The notes under the pieces: generated by a model
What the model was told of the DNA's origin: nothing
Seen by the model: the letters and a program-made list of their open reading frames with translations, nothing else
Databases searched by the model: none
Translations under genes and position numbers: made by a program
Part shown: positions 41,101 through 55,000 of the stretch, piece after piece
Layout of the letters: every line of letters begins with the position of its first letter
How positions within the stretch are numbered: position 1 is the first letter of the stretch
From: Vermamoeba vermiformis
Lineage: Eukaryota
Length of the DNA: 64,000 nt
Assembly: GCA_045837725.1 (NCBI GenBank)
Contig: JBEWZL010000260.1
Coordinates: 248,001 to 312,000 of the forward strand
Reading direction: 5' to 3'

Positions 41101-43286
41101 CGCTTTGCCACCAGGCGCGTGCAGACCAAAATACGTTGGATTCTTCAACAAGTGCATTGACGCCACTACGATGTCTGAAAACAATACAACCGTTATTATT
41201 CAATTATAATACACTTATAACATTAAATTCATTATTAGTGATCAAAAGTGGACAGATCCGGATCGCAGCATCAAATTGGGTTAAAAATCTTATTATTTTA
41301 TATTCTCCAAAAATAATACGTACCAGCTTCAAGTATGTCAGTATAAGAGACCTCTTTGACTTCTTTCATCGTCGTCAACAGCACTGTATTCAACTTGGTG
41401 CTCTTCGTCACTTCGGTGATCCACTGCGAGGTCAAGTGGTTCGGACAAACGACTAATTAGGCAAGTTAGGAACGTTAATATAACAACATAATAAGCGCCT
41501 AATAAGGAAATTAAAATATTTTGCCAGATCCAGGTGGACAAACGGAAATTTCGTTAAAAGAGTTCACGAGCTCTGAGTGGACTTACTAAGGGTGGCCTTG
41601 GTCGGCAAATAATTATCCATTTTAGGCAATTTTCCCGCAGGATTGGCGAGCACGAGACCAATCAGCTCGATCGTCTTGCCCATGCCCATCTCATCGGCCA
41701 ATATAGCTCCTAATAGCAAAAGTATAAGTCCTCCGTCAACGTCACCAAAAAAGTATATTTTTCCTAAAAAGGAAATTGTAGCTCCTATGATAGTACCGCT
41801 TACCGTTGGTCTTAAAGTGGGTCACGTGATTCATAAACTTGTCAGGTGTCACTGCCACGCCGGTGTTCAAATCAAACAACAAATCACTGCGCGCTTTGAG
41901 CCACGGCACTAAATAACAATAATCGAACTCTAGGGGTATAATAAGATTAATATATATAATATAATATAGTGGTTGCTTTAAGATAGTAATTATTAAATAG
42001 GAAAAAAGGTCTAAAAACCAAGCACATCCGGATCTGCTTTCGCGCGAAAACAAAGGCCTTTAAATTTGTTTTCTGGATTTAATATATAGTGTAATAATAT
42101 TATAATTACCTTTGTTCTTGTTCTCTTCGATGGTTTTCATCCAGCCAATCGCCTTCTCTTGATATCCGTGCAAAGATAATTTGTTCGCAAAACCTTTCGG
42201 ATTTATTCCTTCTTGATCGGGCTATCAAAAATAAAAAATTATTATTATATTATATTGCGTAGGTATTTTTATATCAAATTCCAATTGCGTCGATTAGAAG
42301 CAACAATTTGCTTGACGGATGGGGACTTACGTTCGGAATAATCGTGCCTTTGCATTCAAAGCTCTTGCCTTGCTTTTCAGCTTGCTGAAACACTTCATTT
42401 TTTATCAAATTTAATATGTAGGGCAATTCTTTGACGGTTGCTTCATGGTAGATCTGACTCTCAAATCTGGATATGAACATCACATTAATATGCGAACATC
42501 ACTTAGCATTAATTACTTAGGACGTACTGTCTAACGTTCAATTCGATCGATACGCTCCAACTAGCTTGGCTGTATTCTTTTGGCGAAGGATCCCGCGAAA
42601 TTTCTAACCGCCATAATTTGGGATCTGCATCTGAGTCTGGATAAGCAGCAGCGCCAGTAGGACTTGTATTTTTTACAGAGGTTTTTATGCCTTTTGAATC
42701 GATGATCTTCAATAAAATGATTAATTGGGGAATTTTCCAAAAGGGATTAGAAAGATCTTTACCTCGAACACAGTTTTCTCTTTGTCCCATTTGTAGCTTT
42801 TTTCGTGATGCTTAGTGAAGCTCAAATTGAATGGCTTAGCGTTGGGAAACGCGTCTACTTCTAAAATAAAATAATAATCAATTTCCACCAAATTAATTAT
42901 TAATTTCTGTTTCAGTTTTTACTTTGTCCTGGTGGGCTGTAAAAATAAAAAACCGGGTAACCATCATTTGTTAAGGTAAATTCTTCACAAATCATCCAAC
43001 CAAGCAACGGATCTTTCGAGCATTGATACCAATGTTGACAGACTCGAGAACAACGTGCCAAATCAGCACGATGGAGCGTAGTAAAAATAGGAACTAATAT
43101 TTCTGGTGGCAGATAAGCATTTTCGAATATTGTAGACATGGATGCAGCTCGCTTCAGCTGATTTGATTTCTTAGAACCGCCGTCTGATTCTTTTCGTTCG
43201 AGTTTTTGTTTTTTAGCTGCTGGTACTTCAATACCAGCATCATTTGATTGTGCTAGCTCGCTAACTTTACGCTTTCGTGTTGCCAT
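38146..43286 (-). CDS. F-box + SNF2-family (Rad5/Rad16-like) helicase
   Basis: F-box LPPEILVPIFTTLHRADLARCSRVCQHW; LHGYQEKAIGWM; ADEMGMGKTIELI; LIVCPNHL..QW; WHRIILDEGHE; WYVTGTP; HELICc with ASGTNLVEASHVILMDP and QAIGRAHRQGQ. Confidence 0.88.
38838..38849. repeat. Dispersed palindrome TGACACGTGTCA (intronic)
   Basis: Exact 12-mer in a SNF2-gene intron. Confidence 0.9.
39136..39147. repeat. Dispersed palindrome TGACACGTGTCA (intronic)
   Basis: Exact 12-mer in the adjacent SNF2-gene intron. Confidence 0.9.
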
Positions 43287-43540
43287 CGTGTTCTTACTAG
43301 TAAAAATTGAAGTGACGTACCGTCCAGAGGGTTGACGGGACCAACGTTTATCAGCTTTATTGTAACCAATCAAATTTAATCGCATAAAGGATCTTCAATA
43401 TCGTATGATATCTTTAAAACTGGATAATAGTGTAGACAAAATTTTAACTTGTTGGCCGCGGAAAGGATCCAAATTAATTTTGTTGTCCCAGTTAGTATAA
43501 TGCCATGACAGTAGATGTTTTAATATGCAAGATTATCCAT

Positions 43541-45141
43541 TTATTTTGCAACGGCTTTCGAATGGAAAGCAAGAAGATCTGGAAAAGCGGATGTCAAAAA
43601 TTGTGGCTTAATGTTCAAGGATTCATCTTCGAGTTGTTCCTTAGTAGCAATACCTAACGATGATATTATACTAAGTGTAGTCCTATTATATTCCTTATTG
43701 ACAACATACCAGTCATTACTAGCAATGATTTCAATTGGCCTTTGTTTCCGAACAAAATGTCGGTTTCAAGTCTATCACCGACCATGCATGTGCGGCTACG
43801 ATCTAATTTGCATCTATTAATATAATAATTAACACTTATATTTGACAAAAAAATTGCACAATTTGAAGAAAAATTAGGATCGAGATCGGATCGCGAGATC
43901 AGATCCGCAATAAGGGAGCTTTACTCAATAAAAATGGTGCTAATATGTTGAATATACGCTACCTTTGTACAATCAAGTCCAAAAAGCTCTGTTCAGGTTT
44001 GCCGCAAATAAAATCAGGTCGTTTTCCTGTGGCAGTTGCAAACGCCTCAACCATAACACCTCCGCCTATCATTCGCAAATGTAAATATATGCACTATGCA
44101 TATTATTATACGAATGTACCTGGTAAAACCACGCCTTCGCTGACAGGGTATGTCGAATCCGTGTTGGTCGCAATAAACAAACAATTTTTGTTCTGTTGAA
44201 AGGCCATAAAAGCGTAACTCAACTTCCAATAAGTCAAATGTGGGTCTAATCCAGTAATAATAGCACCGATCTATATTTATAAGAGATATTAGATTAATTC
44301 TAAAGCCAAGAAAAATAAATTTAAATTTTACCTCCGGATCTATTTCCGATTTCAAAATTTCTTGAACGTTATCTTGAATCTTAGTATGTTCCTATGGTGT
44401 AATAGCATTAGTAAATATGATATTAGATGCTTGCAAATACGTACGTCTATTCCTCGCCAAGGGATTCCGACCTCAGTCAATTCTTGTCCAATTCCACTGC
44501 CGCCAATAATATAAGCCTTCTTATTGAATTTAATAGAGTCTAAGTACGCCGCTGTAGCGAATGAAGACGAAAAAATCTCCTCCTAAATCAACCAAAAGGT
44601 TAGCGAAACGAATCCGGATCGTTTTCAGACTTTCAACGGCCGAAATATCTTAGCTAGCTAGATAGCTAAGCCTATATAATATATACGCGTATATTTTTAC
44701 CTTCTTTACGGCGATACCGTAGCCTTCAATGGTCTTTTTATAATCCTCGCGCGATTTTGTGCTGTTATTTGTCACAAAAATAAGATGCTTGCCCTACAAT
44801 ACCAGGTAAATAAATAACTAGTTTTAATGTAATAATATAATATCTATATTGAGGCCCTAAGAGAGTAGTATTATCTATCCTGTCTTGAAAGTCAATCTCG
44901 ATCAAAAATTCTCTTACAATTTTTCTTAAATATTCCAAGGTCTCAATAACTCCTGGAATTGCTTCTTTACCGCGCCATAATACTCCTAATTTTTAACGAG
45001 TTAAACTAGAATATTTTTTAAATTAACGCAATATGATACGATTTACTCACCATCACAATCTAATAGGAATGTGTCTATTGAATCCAAAAACGATTCAATA
45101 TTATTTTCATTCAAATTCACTGTCGCTGTTGTGTTAGACAT
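43541..45141 (-). CDS. Phosphoglycolate/p-nitrophenyl phosphatase (HAD subfamily IIA)
   Basis: FLLDCDGVLW, FVTNNSTKSR, FIATNTD, ICGKPE, CMVGDRLETDILFG. Confidence 0.93.
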
Positions 45142-45401
45142 GCTTCTATTAATAATTACAAATTATCAACATAAAATTCACCGACGTTGAAAAGAACGTT
45201 CATATCTGATGCACTAACTCATTTTACTTATAGTATGGCTGTGGATAACCTGTGACACCGAGAATCGTAAACGGGTTGCTCAAAAAGGACCAGTTTAGGC
45301 CAGATAGGAGGAAGAGATTAGAAGCTGTCTACAAGACTAATAGCCTGGCTTCAGCTCGTACCAAATGCATTGAATTGACGGAATAATTCACTCTTTTGAC
45401 A

Positions 45402-45801
45402 GCGATACTATTGCAGTACGGAAACATCGGATTTCTAAAAAATCTCGGAGTGGCACCACCTCGGGTAGCCTGTGGGTAGTGTCTGACGCAAGCAAAGGCG
45501 TGTACGTGATGGACTTGCCTCAATGCTCCAAGTTCATGAATCCGTGTTCGGTGAATGCCGTCTGTTCAGAGAACGACCTTGCACACCCTTTGAGATGCAC
45601 GTGCAAAGATGGATACCTGAAGGCGATGGCATCACTTGCACGGAGACTGTTCCTGTGACACCTGTCACTGCTCCAGTTTCAACCACGACTCCTGTCACTT
45701 CCGATGCAACTCCAATAGCCAACATTTCTTCGAATGCCGTTGTCCATCGCGATGGTTTAATTATTTTTGCGAACCTTTTAGTGACGCTTACGACCTTGTA
45801 A
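45402..45801 (+). pseudogene. Fragment of an EGF-like surface protein with a frameshift, Thr/Pro stalk and GPI-like tail
   Basis: CSKFMNPCSVNAVCSEND...RCTCKDGY continues as EGDGITC only after a frameshift near 45617; no convincing start or signal exon before the neighbouring gene. Confidence 0.6.
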
Positions 45802-45903
45802 GTGAATTACGGATCTTTGCTTTTAACAGAAGATCTGCTTTATTTTGATAAAAGGAACTAATTTTAGAAGAATTTGATTGTAGTAATTAGATCTAATCGT
45901 AGA

Positions 45904-46833
45904 TTAAGCGCGCAACACAACGCCGCCTCCAGCAGAGATATTTTGACCGACGATCCAGCCAGCTTTGTTCGAATCCACCACAAATGCAACTATCTTTCCA
46001 ATATCTTCAGGAGTGCCTAATCAATTATTAGCCATCGGTCTAAGCGCGACATCTATTCTTACCAAGACGTTTGAAGACAGATTGACTAGCGCCAAACTCT
46101 CGCATTTGAGGCTCGTTCTGAACGTCAGTGTCAGTGAAGCCAGGCGAAACAGTGTTGATACGGATGCCCTTGGCGGCTAGTTCAGCTGCCAATGTAGGGG
46201 CATAAGCTTCGAGCGCTAGTTTGCTCGCTGTATAGTACGGATAAGGCAGGATCGACTTGGTCACGGTAGAACTGATGTTGACGATAGAACTGCCTGGACG
46301 GAGGTGCGGAACTACTTCTTGGATCAAGAAAAGCGGAGCCTACACATTTCACAATTTAGTATCATCATCATTGAAATTTCAGTCCGGCGAAACATCCGGA
46401 TGTACTCGAACGGAAGGAATAAAACTCAGAAATACCTTTGTATTGAGATTAAATATGCGGTCAAACTCCTCTTCGGTAATTTTTCCAAGAGGTAAGCCAG
46501 TAGCAACACCAGCGTTGTTTACGAGGATGTCAATACGGCCTAGATCCGCGACAACTTTGTTAACCAGAGCTTTGTGACCCTTAACATCAGAAATGTCGTT
46601 TTTGATAGCAATAGCATGAACTCCTAGTGCCTCAACTTGCTTCACGACCTACACTCGACTACAGTTAGCTCATCAGTTTTAAAGAAGCTACTACGCACCT
46701 TTTGTGCAGCTTCTTCGTTCGATACGTATGTAATTGCAACATTAGCACCTTCTTTAGCAAGCTCTAACGCTATTCCTGCACCGATGCCGCGAGATCCGCC
46801 AGTTACAAGTGCGACTTTTCCTTTCAATGACAT
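45904..46833 (-). CDS. Short-chain dehydrogenase/reductase
   Basis: [20 protein letters not shown], catalytic [14 protein letters not shown]. Confidence 0.95.
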
Positions 46834-47350
46834 TTTCTTAAAGACTAGGCTGTGTTGTATAGTTGGTAAAACATGAAAGAAGTAACACCTTGCTTGCTAT
46901 TTATGTATTTGCGAATAATTCACAAGTGATGAGCTTCGACAAGTGGGTTATTATTCTAAAATGGAAATCTTCGAACATTTTTCTCGGTGGAAGCTTACCG
47001 AAGAATCTTGAAAGTTCGACGCTTTTCATATGTGTTGTTTAATGTACATTTGATAAAGCTAGTTCATTCAGCTAATCTGGTCGCTTCAAGAACGGATCCA
47101 AAAAGAAGATCTGGATTTATTTCGTTCTCCTTCAGACGATAAACATCGTAAAATAGCGAGACCTATATGACCAATTCTCGTTCATGCAGCTGTTATCCGA
47201 ACTCAAGATAATTATTGCTCTCGAACTACTCGGTCGATTTTCCTCTCCAAGAGACTCGCCGACGCTGGTACCTCCGTATGCTTCGATAGACCTCTTCAAC
47301 TAAACGTCAATTCTTCTTTTTGTCGTGCTTTTGAGTATTCAAAGGCTCTT

Positions 47351-50300
47351 TTACGCAGCGGTGTTAATTTTAGCCTCAATCTTGTTGATGTCTTTAGGCT
47401 TGATGTTGAACTTGACCGTGTTCTTGACGAAGTTCTGGAACTGCGCCTCAGGTGTAGTTTGATTGTAGTCTTGTAACAGACGCAAACAATCTTCACTAGG
47501 ACTTGATAGAATTTCATCTGGATTAAAAAAAGGAGTCAGATCTGGCGAATTTAAAAAACTTTCGTTTGCTTAGTTTGATAAAAATAAATATACGCTCTAT
47601 ATGTAAATAATGACGTACCTTTATGCAAGTCGATAAGGCCAATGGCAGTTGAAAATACGACTTGAGGTCCGTCGAAGAAGATCAAGTCCCATAACGAAAG
47701 TCTAATTGATAAGGGAATGCTGCCACCAAATACTGTCATGAACCAACGAGGTACAAATGATGACAATTGGATTTCATCTTCGTTCTGGAGCAATGGATCA
47801 GCCTTTTTGATCGAATTTCCTTTTTAGGAAAATAATAATTGGATTGGTACGTACCAGCTTTTGATAAACGGCAGGAGACTTCTTAAGGAGTAAGTCCTCG
47901 AGAATTTTAAAGGACTTAGTCAAGCCGACCATGCCTGGCTTGTAGTACTCGCGCATCTGCCAGTCTTCGAGCAACTTAAGCAAGATCCAGAACGACTCTT
48001 CTTCGCTGAAGTACAACAATAACAACGCTACTATAGCTGACATGCCTTGACAATAACCGACTTCGGCGTCATAAATCGCATAAGCTTTCAGAACATTGTA
48101 AAGCGCTCGTTGGCTGCATCCAAAAAATGTTAGTTAGTCTTTATCCGCAAATTAAGTATAGCTATTAATTCTATTATAGGACTTACCCTTTTCCAAATCG
48201 TTCGGCGAACAATGCATGATTTCGCCAAGTTCGATCAATGTCGTTGTCGATCTGTTGCGCGTGCACGCGATCCAACTTTCCATTAATGAGTTCCTATAGC
48301 AGGCGTTAGCATCATATCATTATCAAATAGTTTTTTAGTATTACCTGATAATCAATATTTCTTCTTTGAGCCTCTTTGCTCGTGTCTTCTAAACGAGTGC
48401 ACAGAGCCCACAACTTGGCACGATGTTTGTTGGGAATGCCTTTAACCAGTAACTTGCGCAACTATGTCACGTATTAGTCATTGTTGGCTATATTCGATAT
48501 ATGGCGTACCTTTGTCCTATTGGCCTTTTTTAACTTTGAAAATTTGTTCAAAAGTGAGTCTAACTGGCGGATCTCTTTGTTCGTCAAATTGCCTTCAGCA
48601 GCTCTGCCACTGTTGAATATGGTTAGACATATTATGGTACCGATACAATTGTCGAAAGATAACGTACTTGGCTGATTCAGTGTCAGATGCAGCAAATCCA
48701 AAACAATCGACATGAACAATTTTATGCTCAGCTAATCGTTCTCTTCGTTCAATATATTTGACTGGCATTTGATACAACTTGTTGAAATCTGCGCCACTTC
48801 GCGCCAAAAGTTGAGCTGTTCTGAATTCGCCAGCCTTGACAGCGAGATCTATCGGTTCCTTTCCGCCGCTGTCTTTTTTAAGCACATCCGCTCCACTAAA
48901 ATTTGAAGTTAGAATCTAATACCAAAATATAATATGATCTATGCTTACTGATGAATAAGAATGTTAGCTGCTTCAACGTGACCTCGGATGGCGGCAAGAT
49001 GCAGCGCTGTTCGTCCTTTAGCATCGACTTGGTCTACTTGGCTCGATGTTTCGTCAAGTAAATATGAAACAACGCTTGAAAATCCATAGAAACTTGCAAT
49101 ATGAAGTGGTGTCTATTCAAAAATTTTAGTTTAGTTCGTTTTTCCTATTAAAGTATAAACGTACTCGTCCAATCTTGTCAACGCAAGTGACAGAAACTCT
49201 GTGTTGCAGCAATATTTTCACTATAAATATCGAATTAATACTTGGAAATATTTGAATCAAACTTTTTGAACCGAAAAATTGGATCTGACTTACGTGCTTC
49301 AAGATGACCTTGTGCGCAGCATGAATGAACTGGTGTTTGCTCATTATGATCTCTTAATGATAATTTAACACCTTCAAGTTTGCACAGCTCCTTAACACCC
49401 TCTGAAAAGAATTGCGAAAAGTTAGATCCAGATCTGATCCACTTGTATTTGCGTAAAATTACCTGTAAATCCGGCAGTGCATGCAATATGGAGTGCGCTT
49501 GAGAGCTAATACAATAAAATTAATAAAAATTAAGCTAAAGTTTTCAATTTGTGATCCGTGTCAAGTACGTACGTCAGTTTTCGAGCGTCTATTTAAAATC
49601 TTCTTCGTGCAACGTTCAGCTTTCAATAACATCTTCAAATTATCAATATTGCCTTTGAAGCATGCGACGTGGAGTGGCGTCAAATGGCTGAAAAAAATTA
49701 ATTATTTATGCGAATACAATGCTTATAAAAATAATGATTCCTCATAATGCAAACATTACTGCATATAGTCATCATAAATAATGCATGATGAAGCGTAAAT
49801 ACTCACTTTTTATCACGTTTGAGCTTCGCGTTGTGACTTAGGAGAAGCTTAATGACGTCTTCATACTCGTTCATTACCGCTAAATACCATCATATTGTTA
49901 ATATAATATTATTTGATATCGAGAAGTCTCAAATGTGGAGTGGAATATCTAACGCAAAAAATTATTTTACTCGAGTATGTTTATGGATTTCGTTTGGGAC
50001 CAGTGTAACAGATACTGGTGATTCGATATTATAGATACGATATTATATGCATCAATAAAAGCGTTACCTTTATGCAAGGGAGTGGCTCCAGAATTGTCCC
50101 GGACATTTAACATGGCACCCTTTTCGATCAACAGTTTACAAGTCTCTGGTCTATTATTTATGCAGGCGAAATGAAGTGGAGCAGCTCCTACATTAATATA
50201 AAATTAGGTTAATTTTAACATTCTATTTAAAGCAACCGAATAAAATTCTGATCGGCTGGTTTTATTTGGAAAAAAATGTTGCAGTTCGGTATAAATGTGG

Positions 50301-50690
50301 AAATAAGGACCAAAATCTAGATTTCTGGGATATAATTTCTTTCGAACGCTAAAATAATAAGACCATTTCGATCGGGTAAAAGTTACCTGTCGCATCCTTG
50401 GAGTTTATATCCGCCTCGTGTTGTAATAGTAATAATATTGTGTTGTTGCTTCCGTGGGCTGCAGCGTGATGCAAAGGAGTCGTTGCAAACTGCGGGGACG
50501 ATAATTGGGCGATATTGCCATTGATCTCTAACAGTTCTTGAAGAGCCTCTGTGTCATTATTTCCAGCCAATTCAAATACATTAGAATATCGATATTTTCT
50601 GTTGCTTTTTCTGCGGTCCTTTTTCGAATCAAGGGATATCGAACGAGGACCAGATTCGATAACGTGGCCTGATACAGTCAATCCAGACAT
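47351..50690 (-). CDS. Ankyrin-repeat + TBC (Rab-GAP) protein
   Basis: Several TPLH/TALH ankyrin repeats; TBC motifs [47 protein letters not shown]. Confidence 0.9.
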
Positions 50691-51835
50691 TTGTCTATGG
50701 TGTAAATACAAAATACTATGTACAGGTGTTGTTGATCATCGAAGACAGTTTGAACAAAAAAGGTTGGTTCGAAATGGAATAAAAACCACACCTCGCCGCG
50801 AGATTTAGCTGTTTCAAATCAACAGAGCAACACAGGTCGAAAAACCAACACAAATTTCTATATGACTGTATTATATTGAAATGTAAGCCAATTAGTAACT
50901 TTCTGATGGATTTATCTAAGCATGGACCTAGATTGGATTTGATCCCAAACAAAATGTTTGTCACTGGCTGTGGCATAACATTAATCCGTACGATAGTTCA
51001 ATTGCCCTGACTTTCGTTTGTTCGAGAAACTGTTGGCAACGCACATGCATGACCTACTTTTTTGGCGGGATTCAGATTGCAGGTAAATGCTTGGTTAATA
51101 AGATACCGTAATAATTTGCTATATTCTGGTTCAAAATTAAGCAATTTTGATGCCCATATACGAGCTGCGATAATTTTGTTGTTTACGGTGGGCAAACCTA
51201 TTAATTTTAAAAGGGTCGTACAATCAATAATATTCATACGGACATAAGCAGTTAAAATTTAACTCTTCAACGGTCACCTGTTACATGTCATATATTATCA
51301 GGCGACAAACTTCATGTGTGCAATGTGGACGATGGAAAATTATCCAATGGCAGTTCGGTAGTTGCGAGGATAATACTCCACGAAATTGTCGGAAATATAT
51401 TTGGTAGAGGTATGAGCTTCGCGTATAAGAGTTGTCGACCAGAACATGCTTTTTATTGTAAGTACTTCATTACCTTATTAGCCCCTTAACCGAAACGCTT
51501 TTGTGATGCTCCACCACGGACTCGCTCAAGTTAATTAATTCCGCCGCATCGACTTTGAATATTGAATTTGCTTTAAACCAAAACTGCATTCCATTTTGAA
51601 ATCCGGGTTTGGACTTTGTTCGTGCACCCAGTAAAAGAGATACCTAGGCAACATGGTTTTTTACAAATAAGTACTATTATTTAATCAATGCGATTTTGAG
51701 TTTACGGTTGTGATATTTACAAATAAATGTTTACTAATTTTAGTAACTTAAACGGATGTCGCCAGAAAAAACTCAAACTTGAACAAACCTCATTTGCTTA
51801 GACTACCATTGCCGATGAGCCTAACGTGTCGCATT

Positions 51836-51871
51836 AAAAACCCGGCCGGGTTTTTTGAGTTAGCTAACTCA
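51836..51871. repeat. Two abutting perfect palindromes, AAAAACCCGGCCGGGTTTTT (51836-51855) and TGAGTTAGCTAACTCA (51856-51871)
   Basis: Both are directly self-complementary and lie about 140 nt upstream of the GPCR start codon. Confidence 0.85.
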
Positions 51872-52009
51872 GATTTCCTTTAATGGGAAATTCTGGCCGG
51901 TCCGAGATTTGCTGTGATTAGCATGTCACATCGTTTGACAGGCCTTTATTAACATACTGGTTTACGTCCATTCGAATTGATTCGTTAAATAGGACACCAC
52001 GACTGAACG

Positions 52010-55000
52010 ATGAGAAAAACAATCGCTTCGTTTGTGGTTGTGTTTCTCTTTGCCATCGTAAATGTTCACGGTATGACCTCAGAATCCGCTCCTTAAAACA
52101 ACTGATACGCTACTAATGATGATTTGTTTCACAGCACTTACGAGATATGTCGCGACTAATGGCCAAGATAGTAATGCCTGCACCTCTTCCGGATCGCCTT
52201 GCAAAAGTTTGAGCTACGCTGTATCTCAAGCTGTAGCTGGCGATACAATTAGCATAGGAGCTGGAACCTATCCTAGCACCAATAATATTGAAGTTAATGT
52301 TGCAAAAAATCTCGTTATCAGTGGAGCCGGATCCACGCCAAACGATTATTGATTTAAATAAGCAAGGTAAGATCTGGAAATATTATAAACACCATCATTA
52401 TTGTAGATTAATTACTACCATTCATTCTACAATTCTGTTTTCTTATCGAATGCTCGCAAAAATAGGCGCGTTCACACTTTAAAGCTGTTCACATATATAT
52501 AATCAAGCACTAAACTCTTTTGGTAATTAGGACGAGGATTCATCTTTAAGGGCAACTCCGATTGCTCAATTTCCGGCTTAACAATCAAAAACGGACTTGG
52601 ATCTGTGCAATCGTACAACTCAATCGCATCCGTTGGTGGCGGAATCATCGTCGATGGATCTTCTCTAGTTCTCCAAGATGTAGTTTTGGACGGATGCGCA
52701 GCGCCTGGTACTACAAGCGCAATGGGAGGCTGCTTGTTCGCTACGGTAAGCTTGATCCGAATTTCCGAACGCGCGAAACAAATTCCAACTCATCGCCCGC
52801 ATGAGATTACATAATTGCGTAACATGATTTCTCCGCGAGAATAGGAATATCCTCCGATTAGGCGAGATTATTATTTTTTTTAAGTTGGCGGCAAGATGCA
52901 GTCGCGACTGAAACACTTTCTGACTTTGGTTTCATTTTTCAGGGCGCTTCTTTAACTCTTACGAATGTAAAGCTACAAAACTGCCACTCTGGCATTGCTG
53001 GTGCTTGGTATTCGGGCGGTGCAACTATTGCGGTCGCGACTGGTATTTCCATCATCAACAGTACTGCCATTGATTCCGGTTGGGGCGGTGGCTGTAAGTA
53101 TTTTCTAAACTATGTTTTCCCTTCATGAATAGTCTAATGCCTCCTTGCTTCTTTTTAACCGTTGATCTATTTTTAGTCGTTCCAGATGACACAACCAACG
53201 CTCAAATTATCGACTCGCTCTTTGAAGGAAATTCTGCAGGCTATGGTGGCGCTTTGGACGATGGTAAGGGATCAATCTCCGATTTACTTCTTTAATGGCC
53301 CGCATAAAGAGTGTGTCTGTGTTTCGAAATTTAATACGGATGTTGGTATCACTGATTACTTTTTACCTAAAATAATGCCTTTTACATAATATTCCATTTT
53401 AGTATACTTTTTAATGTTTTCTTTAACAGGAATCAATGCTACCTACGTTGTCAAAAACACTATTTTTAGATCCAACAGTGCTCAATATGGTGGTGCGATT
53501 TACACCTTTGGATTCGCCGTTTCTCGCTTTGAAAACTGTACTTTTACTCAAAATGTCGCTTCAAATGCTGGCGGTGTCATTCGTACAACGTCTTCGACAT
53601 CCAACACTTTCGTCAACTGCACCATGTCTTATAATAGGGGCTTGGGTTCAGGTGGTGCCATCTCCGCATTCTCCTCGGAGCCGCTTACCGCAGACAACTG
53701 TTACTTTAAAGGAAATTACGCTCAGGTTCGTAAAATCGGTTCACAAAAATTAATCTCGCGACATTACTAAATTTTTAATTATTTAATATAATTTAGCAAA
53801 ACGGTGGTGCTATTGAACATAGTGGCCCTACGTCTATCTACAACAGCGTATTTGAAGACAATCAAAGTGCTTATATTGGTGCTGTCTATGATGTCGTTGG
53901 TACTTCAACGGTTGTGTTCTATAACAACACAATCCGATCCAGCTCGTGCTACCGAGGTGCTATTTCTATCAATATTGGATCTGATGCCATGTAAGCTCAT
54001 ACAAATCATTCTTATAGTCGCACTTCTAATTTGACTTTCCTAGGCCTATTGCAATGGACAACTTGAAGTTTGAGAACAACATTGCTACTGCCTCAGCTGC
54101 AGGCATTGTATTTTCGAACAAAGCTAATGTCACGCTGACTAACTGCGTATTCACTAACGTAAGTTTAGATTTCGTTGCATTAATTAATCGATTTAAAAAT
54201 TAACAACCGCGTAGAACTCTGCACCATACGGAGCTGCCATTGAAACTACTTCCGCCAGCGTTATTACCTTGGACAATAACGATTTTACTGCGAACCGGGC
54301 AACCTCGTAAGCGCTTTTTTTGTATTGGTGTAATAGACTGACTTTGGTCTTGACAGCGGTGGTGCATTGCACATGACTGACACGAGCACCGTATTCGTCC
54401 AAAACAGCCGCTTCACGAACAACGTGGCTATTCTCAACGGAGGTGCCGTCTATCACGAAGCCATTACTGTGCCGCACTTCTCTTCAGTCACTTTTACTGG
54501 CAATAGTGCTCGCAACGGTGGTGCTTACAGCGTTGCCGCGGGTGCCACGAACTGCTTCACATTCGACAAAGTCACGTTCAATAACAACAACGCGACTATT
54601 GGAGGCGGCGCTATTTTCTTCTTGGAAGTGATTGACACGTGCAACTACAACAATTTGTGCTCAAATTGCGCTTTCTCTGGCAATACTGCTTTGTTTGGAA
54701 GTGAAACTGCTTCAACCGCGCATCAACTCACTTTTGGATCTGAGCCTCCAAGTTCACTTTCTTCGTCACAATCCTTCACTGTTAGCTTGCTTTTGCTCGA
54801 CAAGTTCAACCAACAAGTCCAGCAAGAGCTCGACACGTTGATTCAAGCGTCAATTTCCTCGACCAATGCTTCGCTCCAGGGTATCTTGCAACAACAAGTG
54901 AGTTCTAATGGCTCCGTAGAATTCCAGCTCTTGAAGGTCTTTGCGTACCCCGACACCCTCGTGTCATTGACCTTCACGTCACTCACTTCAAACCTGATCC

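Noticed and set aside
47060-47350. GC-richer stretch downstream of the TBC gene as an extra exon or gene
   Set aside because: No frame yields a recognisable protein, and the upstream frame stops at 47351 (or immediately after the possible splice).
50716-51830. ORFs or ncRNA in the long intergenic region
   Set aside because: No protein motifs, tRNA cloverleaf or Pol III boxes recognised.
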